Assembly (NCBI GenBank): GCA_965249145.1
Contig: OZ252223.1
Coordinates: 2,121,757-2,185,756, forward strand
Direction of reading: 5' to 3'
Source: Dehalococcoidia bacterium
Lineage (GTDB): Bacteria; Chloroflexota; Dehalococcoidia; Lucifugimonadales; UBA3495
Length of the DNA stretch: 64,000 bases
Shown: positions 38,504 to 47,307 of the stretch, piece by piece
Layout: every line of letters begins with the position of its first letter
How positions within the stretch are numbered: the first letter of the stretch is position 1
Notes under the pieces: model-generated
What the model was told of the DNA's origin: nothing
The model's database searches: none
The model's input: the letters and a program-made list of their open reading frames with translations, nothing else
Program-made: the position numbers and the translations under genes

Positions 38504-38692
38504 TTACCCGGATCCGGGTTGCTCTGTATCCGACTCTTCCCTGACCTCGCGCATCGCGTCAGTCAGTCGCCCGAATTGTTCCTCGGTGAGCTCGGGGGAG
38601 TCATCGTCATCGAGGAACGATGCCGCGTACATGGCTTCCTTGCTGACGCGGTAGTGCGTGATTCCGTTTTCGTCTACCCATGAGGTGGTCAT
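38504..38692 (-). CDS. small acidic protein, last gene of the polyvalent-protein operon
   Basis: 62 aa, rich in D/E (FLDDDDSPELTEEQF...EESDTEQ). Its start overlaps the stop of the 1030-aa gene (ATGA). Confidence 0.45.
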   Translation of the reverse strand: MTTSWVDENGITHYRVSKEAMYAASFLDDDDSPELTEEQFGRLTDAMREVREESDTEQPGSG

Positions 38693-41600
38693 TGCGTCTT
38701 GATTATCTCCATCTTAAAGTCGTCCACGCCCTTGAAGACCACTTCGTCCTCACTGGTGAAAGAGCCGGTTGTGTGGGCTAGGTCGGTGAGGATTATCGAG
38801 TCGACAGGCACTTCGGCTTTCGCCACAAAGGAGCCGTGGCCCCCCTGGAAGTTGTGCGCCACCGAGGGAGAGAAGCTCCAGGAGTAGAGCGGGGGGTCGT
38901 CCAGGTTAACAATTGAGCCCACCTGGGAATTTTTCAGGCCCAGGTACTTCACCTGGTCGGGCTTCCAGCCCCGGTAGACCGTGATCTTGTCCTTGCCTGG
39001 GCGCTTCATCGCCATCAGGACCTCGTTCTGTTCGCTGGTGACCTTCAGGCCCTTTACCAGGTCCTGGGCCTCCGGCTCGGCGGTAGCCTTCTTCATATAG
39101 TCGGCGTACTCTTTCCGGTTCTTTGCCGAAAGAGCCCCTTCCTTGACCAGAAACTCGTTGAACTTATCCAGCCTCCGCAGCTCCTGGTCTCCTTCGGCGT
39201 GCAGCTCGCCGGCGCCCCAACGAAGGACCGAGCCCCCGGGACTAATTGACGACCCCTTCCAGCTCCCGTACCGGGACCGCACCCTATCGGCGGCTGCGCT
39301 TCCCTCGGTTTGTCCCAGCTCCATGGCCATTATCTTTTCAGTCAGTTGCCATTTGGCGTCGGGACCAGGGGAGCTGATCTTGTAGCCGTTGGCTTTGTCG
39401 GCGATCGCCTCTACGCTCGCGTCCTTCAGGTCCGAGAGCCCCTTCAGCTGCTGCAGCGTGGCAGCCTTCTTCTGTTGCTGCTTCAGGACCTTCTCCACGA
39501 TGTAATCCCTGCGCTGCTTAAGACGGCTTTTGACCAACCCGGGCAGGTCCTTGGCGGCCTCTCCGAATTGGGAGACCGGGTATTCGGGCGACGTCTTGGG
39601 CAGGTCGGCGCTATCTACGGCAAAGTCGATCTGGTCATCGGTAATGGCGGCCACCCGTTCCGCGCTCGCCGCAATTTCCGCCGAAGACATATCGGCGAAA
39701 ACTTTGGAGGCCTCCTTGGATTGGCTAGGATTGCGCATGGTGTCTATTTCCTGGACGGTTTCGGGGAAGTCCCGGCCTTTCCCCTGGGCCCGGAACAGCA
39801 GGCTGCCGCCCACGTCGGTCCGGTAAGCCTTGTCCCCAGGTCCTCCTACCACGTTATCCGCCTGCAGGCCCACAACGTCCCAATTCGCCAGCCAAGCGTC
39901 GACCGCAAAGCCGGCCCGGACGTCCGGGTGGACTCTCATATCCTCAAAGGTCATCGGGGCGGCCTCGTCGATCCAGTCGGACATCACCGCGTCCTTGCCC
40001 TGGAAGTTGATGACGCGGACGGACGGGACCGGGACCTCCGCGTAGCTGTACAGCAGGGCAGTGAGCCCTTCCATCTTGGCCCGGGCCTCGGAGTTCGGCC
40101 ATTTCACGTAGTGCAGCGATCCGAGGTGTTTGTCCTTGAACAGACCCCCTTCGTTGGAGCCCTTCTTGCCGGAGATTTTCTGTAGGTCAGCATTGTAGTC
40201 CTTAGTGCCCTGCTTGATCTGGTTGCGGTGCTTTTTCAACGTCGCGGCGGCCGGGGTTTCCTGCCCGGGTAATTTCACCTCGCCGCTGCCAACGCTGGCC
40301 ATGGTGTCGCCGAAGCCGGAGCCGCCATCTCCCTCCAGGACCGGCTGCCCCTGGACCTTGCCTTTCAGCTCGGCTGCAACATTCAGGACGGCCGCCTTCT
40401 TGGCCGGACTCAGCATCTTGGCCAACAGAGTCCCGGCCACCTGGTCCACCTCGTCGGGGCTTCCGGTTTGGGCAGCCTTTTCCAGCTTCTTGACGTTGAC
40501 GGGCGTGATCAGGGCCTTCCCCTTGTTGTCATGGGGGACAACACCGGCAGTTATCGGATCGGCCTGTTGCGACGCCGGCGTCGGCGCTGGTGCGGGGGCC
40601 TGGTCATCCTGGTCATCCACCGAGGAGCTTCCGCCCACGGCGATCGCGTCCAGTTGGCCCTGCAGCGCGCCCACAACGTCGAAGAGCGCCTTCTTGGCGG
40701 CCGGAGTCTTGTAGCTTGGCCCTGCTGCCATGATGTTGGCGGTCGCCGTGAGGAAGCCCTTGTCGCCGGTCACCGCGACAGTCTCGAGCTGCTTGACCTG
40801 GCCCGCATCGATCCCAAACGGGATGCCCGCCAGCGTGGGCTTGCCGGTAACTGCGGCCTGGGCCTCAGCCGCTTTTTTGTTTGCCTCGATGAGCTGGTTC
40901 TCCAGCTCATTCGCGGCCTTTTGTACCAGGTGCTTCTTGCCGTATTGGCCGGTCTGGTCCACCAGGTCCTTGGCCGTCTGATGCAGGGTGTCTATATTGC
41001 CAGTTGAAGCGGCGCCCTCGAGCAGGTTTATCTCGCTTTCGGTCAGCGGGTCGTCGTCATAGTGGCCATCGGTATCCATTGGTTTGAGCTTGGCCGCGAA
41101 GGTGCCCCTGACGCCCTTCGTTTCTCCGGCATAGCCGGCGGCGTTGAGCATGCGCCATTCGGCTTGGTAGCCGAGGGCGTGGAAGGTCAGGAACCACGCT
41201 TGGAAGTGCTTGCCCCTGTGGGCCTTGTCCGGGCGGCCGTCGTGGTCGAGCGGGCCCCATTCCACGAACTCCGGAACGTTCTCGATGAGGACGCACCTGA
41301 CGTCCAGCTTCGTCAGCCAGTTGTGAATCGCCCAAGGGTTCATCCTGCCTTGGTCGTGGACCGGCTTTCCGCCGCGGGCGCGGGAGTAGAACTTGCACTC
41401 CGGGCTGGCCATGAGCAGGTCGAGGCGTCCCTCTTCGACCACCGCCTCCGGGTCCACGATGCTGACATCCTCGACCAGGTGCCGGGCGGATGGGTGGTTC
41501 GCTGAGTGGGTCGCGACTGCGATGTTCCAGTGGTTGACGGCGACCAGCTCCATCGACCCGCCGATCTCGGCGATGGCCTTCTTGGCGCCGGTCGACGAGC

Positions 41601-41781
41601 CGCCCGCGCCGCAGAACAGGTCCGCGACCAGGTAGGTATCGGTCGCGGTCATTGCCGGAAGGGCTGCCGGCGTCGGGGCGGATGCCTCGACGTTAGGCGC
41701 TACCAGCTCCTGGGCGGCGTCGGCTGTGGGCGCGGGCATCTGCGAATGGTGCCGTCGGCGCAGCCTCGCGGCCGTCATCAT
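38689..41781 (-). CDS. polyvalent protein: C5-cytosine-methyltransferase N-terminal half, helical repeats, protein-kinase-like core and R-S-ExE ADP-ribosyltransferase
   Basis: - aa 55-61 FCGAGGS, 126-133 SPECKFYS, 166-172 IENVPEF
- aa 541-560 GSNEGG...HYVK, 633-643 NWDVVGLQADN, 655-660 TDVGGS
- aa 936-938 YRG, 967-971 SWSFS, 1010-1016 SEDEVVF. Confidence 0.8.
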   Translation of the reverse strand: MMTAARLRRRHHSQMPAPTADAAQELVAPNVEASAPTPAALPAMTATDTYLVADLFCGAGGSSTGAKKAIAEIGGSMELVAVNHWNIAVATHSANHPSARHLVEDVSIVDPEAVVEEGRLDLLMASPECKFYSRARGGKPVHDQGRMNPWAIHNWLTKLDVRCVLIENVPEFVEWGPLDHDGRPDKAHRGKHFQAWFLTFHALGYQAEWRMLNAAGYAGETKGVRGTFAAKLKPMDTDGHYDDDPLTESEINLLEGAASTGNIDTLHQTAKDLVDQTGQYGKKHLVQKAANELENQLIEANKKAAEAQAAVTGKPTLAGIPFGIDAGQVKQLETVAVTGDKGFLTATANIMAAGPSYKTPAAKKALFDVVGALQGQLDAIAVGGSSSVDDQDDQAPAPAPTPASQQADPITAGVVPHDNKGKALITPVNVKKLEKAAQTGSPDEVDQVAGTLLAKMLSPAKKAAVLNVAAELKGKVQGQPVLEGDGGSGFGDTMASVGSGEVKLPGQETPAAATLKKHRNQIKQGTKDYNADLQKISGKKGSNEGGLFKDKHLGSLHYVKWPNSEARAKMEGLTALLYSYAEVPVPSVRVINFQGKDAVMSDWIDEAAPMTFEDMRVHPDVRAGFAVDAWLANWDVVGLQADNVVGGPGDKAYRTDVGGSLLFRAQGKGRDFPETVQEIDTMRNPSQSKEASKVFADMSSAEIAASAERVAAITDDQIDFAVDSADLPKTSPEYPVSQFGEAAKDLPGLVKSRLKQRRDYIVEKVLKQQQKKAATLQQLKGLSDLKDASVEAIADKANGYKISSPGPDAKWQLTEKIMAMELGQTEGSAAADRVRSRYGSWKGSSISPGGSVLRWGAGELHAEGDQELRRLDKFNEFLVKEGALSAKNRKEYADYMKKATAEPEAQDLVKGLKVTSEQNEVLMAMKRPGKDKITVYRGWKPDQVKYLGLKNSQVGSIVNLDDPPLYSWSFSPSVAHNFQGGHGSFVAKAEVPVDSIILTDLAHTTGSFTSEDEVVFKGVDDFKMEIIKTQ

Positions 41782-43114
41782 TCTAGGAACTCCTCGAATG
41801 CCGCGTACCGCTCGAGAAGGGCCAAGTGAAGAGTGCCCACCGGCCCGCTCCGGTTCTTGGCGACGATGATCTCAGCCACGCCCTTCGGGTAGGGTTCGCC
41901 CAAGTTCGTGCGGCACCACTCATCCTCCGTGATGTACCGGTCCGGCCGGTGGATGAACATCACCACATCGGCATCTTGCTCGATGCTGCCGCTTTCCCGA
42001 AGGTCCGACAGTATGGGCCGGCGGTCCGGCCGGTTCTCCGGCCGGCGCGAGAGCTGGGAGCACACCACCATGCCGCAGGCCAACTCCCTGGCCAGCCCCT
42101 TCAGCGCTGCGCTGATGCCGCTAACCTCCTGCTCGCGGTTCTCCCGGGCCCTTCCCTGGACCAATTGCAGGTAGTCCACCGCCAGCAGGTCGAGGCCCTG
42201 TTCCGCGGCCAGGCGCTTGGCCTTTCGGCGGATCTCGCCCACCGTCTGCTGCGGGGTGTCGTCGATGTAAAGGGGAAGCTCCGAAAGCCGGCCTATAGAG
42301 TCCATGATCCTAGCTTCCTCAGCGTTGGTCAGAAGGCCCAGCGCCATCCGGTAGGGGTCAACTTGTGCCTCGGCAGCGAGAACGCGGACAGGCAGCTCCG
42401 ACCGGCTCATTTCCAGGGAAACGAATTCCGCCACGCTTCCCTGCCGGGCGGCGTTCAAGACCATGCCCAATGCCAGTGATGTCTTCCCCACCGAGGGGCG
42501 CGCCCCGACGATCACCACTTGTCCGCGTTTGATGCCCCCGAGCAGCTCGTCGATGCTGGCGTACCCGGTGAAGACGGGCCTGGCGGGGCCGGCGCCGACA
42601 TCGGCCCGTTCCTCCAGGAACTCGTCGTACACTTCCCTCAACGGGATAGGGCCGTCAAGGCGGGCTTGAGGGTTGTCTATAGCTTGCAGCACGGCCTCCG
42701 CCTGGCGGAGTGCCGCGCCGATGTCGTCAGTGTCCTGGTATCCCATCGAGGAGATGCGCGACGCCGCGTCGACCAACTTTCTCATGGTGGAGGTGCGCGA
42801 GACCGCGTTGGCGTAGTCTTCCGCGTGGGCCGACGTCGGAGTGATCGCTACAAGATGGCTCAAATATGCCATCCCCCCGACGACTCCAGGAGACCGGTGC
42901 GGCCCAACTCTCCGGCGATGGTCAGCTGGTCGATGGCGTCGCCCCGGTCGAAGAGGTCGCGGGCGGCTTGAAACACCACGGCGTTTCGTTCCCGGTAGAA
43001 GTCGCCAGCCTGCAGTTCCAGGCGGGTCATGCACTCGCCGTCGATCAGGAGGCTGCCAATCACAGCCTCCTCCGCCTCGGTGTCGTGGGGCAGGAGCTTC
43101 TCCGCGAACACCAT
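41778..43114 (-). pseudogene. DnaB-family helicase paralogue carrying a homopolymer frameshift
   Basis: - The N-terminal 84-aa ORF (MVFAEKLLPHDTEAEEAVIGSLLIDGE...) and the 448-aa ORF join at the C6 run 42873-42878 (LLESSGG/MAYLSHL).
- Walker A GARPSVGKTS.
- Locally very similar to chromosomal DnaB (GGMAYLSHLV.ITPTSAH.EDYA.AVSRTSTMRKL.DAASRIS.MGYQDT). Confidence 0.8.
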
Positions 43115-43116
43115 GC

Positions 43117-43833
43117 CTAACCATCCACCACCGCAGCCCAGCGGACGAATCTCCGGTCGGTCAACTTCGCCGGCAGGGCGGGGTCGTCCGGGAGCATCCG
43201 GGTGGTAACCACGGTTGCCAGTTTGTGCTCATAGCGGTGATTGACCAGATTGGCCAGCTGTTCGTCGGCCCACTCCGTCTGCCGCTCCTCGCCCAGGCCG
43301 TCCAGCGCCAGCAACCGGGCGTCCATGATCCGGGAGTAATCGAACACCTCGCGGAATTCGGGGCTGCGCATCCGGTCCAAGAGCCTCACCACCCCCGCCC
43401 ATGTCCCCGGATGCGCAGCTGCGGCCAGCACCGCCTTGGCCAGGTGCGACTTGCCCGCACCAGCAGGGCCGTTCAGGACCAAGAACCCTTCCGGGTTAGC
43501 GGCGTACTGCCGGGCGGCGGCCAATGCCGCAACTAGCGCCGGCCCCTTCGAGCAGTCAAACGTGTCGAAGGACGATTCCCGAAGCCGCTGCAGGCCGAGA
43601 TCCCCCAGTGGGGCCTTGACCCCGAAGGCCGCTGCATCGCCGCTGCAATCCTTGCAGATTGACGACCCGGCCAGGCGGCCCGCCGGGTCACGAAACTTCC
43701 GGAACCCCTTGCCGCCGCAAAGCTCACACGCAGGCGGCAGCATCGGCTCCAGGAATTCCGTCGGGGTAGACTGCGTCGATGTATGCCTGTGCCGGATGTC
43801 CTGCAGTATTTCTCCCAGGGCTTGCACTTGCAT
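43117..43833 (-). CDS. DnaC/IstB-like AAA+ loader with N-terminal Cys4 ribbon (single module)
   Basis: CELCGGKGF...CKDCSG, Walker A GPAGAGKSHLAKAV, Walker B LLALDGLG. The N-terminal LGEILQDI parallels LGDILRRI of the chromosomal gene. Confidence 0.75.
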   Translation of the reverse strand: MQVQALGEILQDIRHRHTSTQSTPTEFLEPMLPPACELCGGKGFRKFRDPAGRLAGSSICKDCSGDAAAFGVKAPLGDLGLQRLRESSFDTFDCSKGPALVAALAAARQYAANPEGFLVLNGPAGAGKSHLAKAVLAAAAHPGTWAGVVRLLDRMRSPEFREVFDYSRIMDARLLALDGLGEERQTEWADEQLANLVNHRYEHKLATVVTTRMLPDDPALPAKLTDRRFVRWAAVVDG

Positions 43834-44575
43834 TTCCCTTCCTCCCCCTCGCTATGATTTTCACTTCCTGGGCGAAAAAGCCGTTCAATACCCTTAGCCG
43901 GTCGGGCGCGTCCGGATAGCAACGCTCCTCGAAAGCCCGGTAGGCACTCTCGGCCTGGGCCTCGCTTAGGCCGTGGTCCTGGTAGGCCCTGCGGACCTCG
44001 CCCCAGTCCATCTCGTCGGCATGGACCGACCGGTTGAACCATTCGGGGCCCGATTGTTTTTTTTCATGTCCAACGACGTCGTTATCTATTACATCTAGAC
44101 TAGTAATAGGTATGGGGTGACAACTACTGTCACACCCCCCTCGATTTTCCAAGCTAACCGTTGTCGTACCCACCGCGACAATAGTTGTCGCACCCCCCAC
44201 GATAGTAGTTGTCGCACCCAAGGGCCAGACCGCCACCAGAATCCCCTCGTTTCCGCTGCCTTCGGTCCGCGCCAAGCCCACCGCTTCCAGGGCTTTCAAA
44301 CATCGCCCGGCGGTCCGGCGGTGGATGCTGAGGGCGTCGGCCAATGACTCCAGAGTGAGCTGGCAATACCCCTCGAATCTGCCCTTTCTCGTGCGTGAAA
44401 GAGCTAGGAATTCGTAGGTACGCAAAGCTGTGGCCATGGACACGCACTCGCGTTTGCCGTGTTGGGATTTCAATCCCTGAAGGTGGTCGGCGAGGGCGGC
44501 TACGGCCCCGGCCGGTAGCTTGACGTAGTTGTTCGCGGGCCACTCCGGCCGCTGCGTGGTATCATGGCTTTCCAT
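43724..44575 (-). CDS. winged-helix DNA-binding protein, putative replication initiator
   Basis: wHTH-like LTLESLADALSIHRRTAGRCLKALEAVGLA. Located upstream of the loader and helicase genes. Contains the iteron-like repeats. Start taken at MESHD. Its 3' end overlaps the loader gene by 110 nt. Confidence 0.45.
   Translation of the reverse strand: MESHDTTQRPEWPANNYVKLPAGAVAALADHLQGLKSQHGKRECVSMATALRTYEFLALSRTRKGRFEGYCQLTLESLADALSIHRRTAGRCLKALEAVGLARTEGSGNEGILVAVWPLGATTTIVGGATTIVAVGTTTVSLENRGGCDSSCHPIPITSLDVIDNDVVGHEKKQSGPEWFNRSVHADEMDWGEVRRAYQDHGLSEAQAESAYRAFEERCYPDAPDRLRVLNGFFAQEVKIIARGRKGNASASPGRNTAGHPAQAYIDAVYPDGIPGADAAACV
44113..44222. repeat. iteron-like cluster: GTTGTCG(C/T)ACCC at exact 24-bp spacing plus inverted copies
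   Basis: Direct copies at 44160, 44184 and 44208. A related CTGTCACACCCC lies at about 44127. Inverted copy within GGGGTGACAAC at 44115-44125. GCGACAA at about 44175. Confidence 0.5.
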
Positions 44576-44672
44576 GAGTTCACCCCACCCCTTCCCGGGT
44601 AACTTTTGCCCCGCTCTGCCGCAGTTTGAAGCCCGGCTGAGCACCGAAAATCCTAGGGCATATTGATCGGCA

Positions 44673-45665
44673 TCAAAGGGTTATGCCAACCCTGTATGCC
44701 CTACTACAACCCCTCGTAACAAACGTCTTGCTCGCACCCCGGCGACCTACCGCAGACCCCTTAAAATCCTGCTCATGCTCGGCCGCGATTTCCACTTGAG
44801 TCTTCCCGCGAGCCGCGGCTTCCCGTATCGATTCGTTTCTTAGCCCCCTTTCCTCGTCCGAGAGGTGCCAGGGGCGGGCGGCAGGACGGATCTTGACCAC
44901 CCGTGACGTCTTGCCAGGCCACCGCCCCAGGGCGGCCGCGGCATAACGCTCATCGATTTCCATGGCGTAACCCTCCTTCAGCCCGCGCTCCAGCGCCGCC
45001 AACAACGTGGTGCCAGACCCGGCAAATGGGTCGTAAACCGCCCACTCTTCGGCCCCCAAGGCGTGCATCAGCGCCTTAACTACTGATACCGGCTTTTGCG
45101 TAGGATGAACCCGGTTCCTCGGAGGCACCGGTGGCGCAAGGATGACGTCGGGTTTGCCCCACACGGATGGCCCTGGCTGCCGCTTCCCCTGCAGGACCTT
45201 CTCGAAGGCAAGGACATCCTCGTGGGCGCTGCGCCACTCCCCTCCGACGCCCGCCACCACTTTGCTTCGGTCGTGCGTGGTTTTGACCCAGACGACCTCC
45301 GCGCTCAGGGCGAAGCCTGCCCCCTGGATGATGTCGCCGGTGAGGGCCAACTGCCGCCAGTCGGTGAAGATGTAGACCCTGTCCGGGACCGCCCGGTCTA
45401 GCATTCTCACTATCAGGTCTCGGTAGCCCGTCTCATTCAGCACGTCGCCGCGGATGGGCTCGTAGTTCGACCTGGTCCCCTTGCTCCCCAGGATTTTGTT
45501 GTTGAGCCGCCCGGCGGAGTAGGCTGGGTCGGTCATTACGCACAGCCTGGATCTACGGCGTTCCCTGAGCAGGTGGCGGACGTCCTCCGCCCGGGTGGAG
45601 TCGCCGCACATTAGGTAGAACTCGCTCTCCTCGTGGGTCAGCTTGTAAATTTCGCCGCGCCGCAT
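44673..45665 (-). CDS. N4/N6 DNA methyltransferase (beta-class, PF01555-like) with C-terminal HTH-like tail
   Basis: TDPAYS (DPPY-type motif IV) precedes HPTQKP and FAGSGTT (motif I). Start taken at MRRGEIYKL. Confidence 0.8.
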   Translation of the reverse strand: MRRGEIYKLTHEESEFYLMCGDSTRAEDVRHLLRERRRSRLCVMTDPAYSAGRLNNKILGSKGTRSNYEPIRGDVLNETGYRDLIVRMLDRAVPDRVYIFTDWRQLALTGDIIQGAGFALSAEVVWVKTTHDRSKVVAGVGGEWRSAHEDVLAFEKVLQGKRQPGPSVWGKPDVILAPPVPPRNRVHPTQKPVSVVKALMHALGAEEWAVYDPFAGSGTTLLAALERGLKEGYAMEIDERYAAAALGRWPGKTSRVVKIRPAARPWHLSDEERGLRNESIREAAARGKTQVEIAAEHEQDFKGSAVGRRGASKTFVTRGCSRAYRVGITL

Positions 45666-45733
45666 TGGCCCCCCTACCTCCCAATCCGAACATCCGCCTT
45701 TGGCCGTGCAATTCTGGCGACCAGGCATGGCCC

Positions 45734-46126
45734 CTACTCTGTCCCCAGGAGAGGAAAGGGCGGCCGCGGGTGATCCCGTGGGTCGACGACGTTGCTCTGG
45801 TCGTCGCCTGAGGCGTCGCGCTGGTCTGCAGCCGCGGTTTTAGCGAGCCGGCCGTAAGCGGCGTCCCGGCGCACTTCCTTGATGATGCGATCCCGGTAGG
45901 CGATGATCCGGTCGATCACCGCACCAGGGAGCTTGAACGTATCGCCGTCATGACCGATGGTGGCCTCCCAAGTGCCCTGGACCCTCCGGACTGCCACGAT
46001 GTAGTGTTCTTCGACAATGTCGCTTCGGTTCTGGGCCAGGATCCCTGGGGCATTGTGCTCAACCTGCCGCAACTTTTCCGGGGCGAACAGGGAGGCCGCG
46101 AAGGAGTCCATCTCGATCGTGACCAA
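45734..46126 (-). CDS. hypothetical protein, first clear gene of the minus-strand operon
   Basis: 130-aa ORF on the same strand, 5 nt upstream of the methyltransferase ORF. No recognisable motif. Confidence 0.4.
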   Translation of the reverse strand: MVTIEMDSFAASLFAPEKLRQVEHNAPGILAQNRSDIVEEHYIVAVRRVQGTWEATIGHDGDTFKLPGAVIDRIIAYRDRIIKEVRRDAAYGRLAKTAAADQRDASGDDQSNVVDPRDHPRPPFPLLGTE

Positions 46127-47307
46127 AGCCCTGTTTTTTGTACTCCCCGTTCATCCGGGGGGCGGGCCGCTTGCGCTCCTTGGTGGTTTTTGGGTGGTTT
46201 TTGGTTTGGGTGTGTTCTTCGCCGTATACGTACCCTCCTAGAGTTAGGCGGCTACTGAAGTTCGTGTCCGCCGCGGGCAGGTGTATTCCCTCCGCGAAAG
46301 GCAAAGCAGTGGTGGAGCTGGCGGTGGTGGACATCATCAGGAGGATGGACTCGCGTATAGTATTCCGCCTGGACCAGTGAGTTTCTGGTCCAGGCGTCAT
46401 CGCGGCACTATGCAAGAGCAAGACCGGGGCGAAGGGTCTCAACGCCTCGGCGACCGCATCGCAGCCAGGGGTGTACATAAGCGAGGCGAACGGGCCCTTC
46501 TTCGACGGGCAGGCCCCGCACACCCAGTTGGCCCAATGGGAATCGTCGGGAGCTAGGGAGTGGCCGCAGTCAGGACGCATAACGCCCCCCACCCAGCGCG
46601 TCGGACAAAATGCCAGTAGCCCGCTGCGGAGGCGGGCACTCTGTCAACGCGCAGGTAGAGGACGCAGGAGGGGGATGACTAAAGCAATAGGGGACGGCCA
46701 CAAGGCCGCGGTTGGGGAAGGACATTCCGGGTCATCTCCTACTAGCCGAAGATCGTTGAACTGAGCAGTTCAAGAGTAAGAGATGAACCAGCGATTGGTC
46801 AAGGGCCCAAACCAATTTCTCTTGAGGTCTGCGAACCCTAGTTTGTGGTGTCCGACGAGATCATACTTTATCGGGGTTAGATAGTTTCGATTTGTGGGCG
46901 AGGCGATCACCCGAAAATGCGAAGCGGACAGCCGTTTAGCTGCCCGCTTATACTTTTGGTGAGAGGACTGGAACCGGCGGACCTTCTCGGAAAACGAGTT
47001 TGCTCAGAACAACGAACCCCGAGGAGGCCAGTCAGAGACGGCGGTTGTTAAGTCCGCCGGTCCAGCCCTATTTTACCCCAGCCCGGTGGCTGACGCCACA
47101 AGGCGCAGAGCCTGAGTTGTTAAGCGCCCGTTAAGGGACGCGGGCGCGCCATGACCTCCGTGTTAGCTTTGCTCCTGGTCTGAAGGAGGAGCTGGTGCGC
47201 GATAACCTTCGATACGGTTACTCCCCTGCTTTCTTAGAACTACGGCTTTTATTCCCCTGCGAGATCCCCCATAAACGACGAGATGGGGCCCTCTTCATGC
47301 CCCCTTC

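Noticed and set aside
46059-46592. 177-aa minus-strand ORF with a Cys-rich N-terminus (CGHS...CGACP), considered as the first gene of the element operon
   Set aside because: It overlaps the 45734-46126 ORF by 68 nt and has odd composition (runs of S/T, K-rich tail) with no motif I can name. It is left unannotated rather than guessed, but may contain a real short gene.
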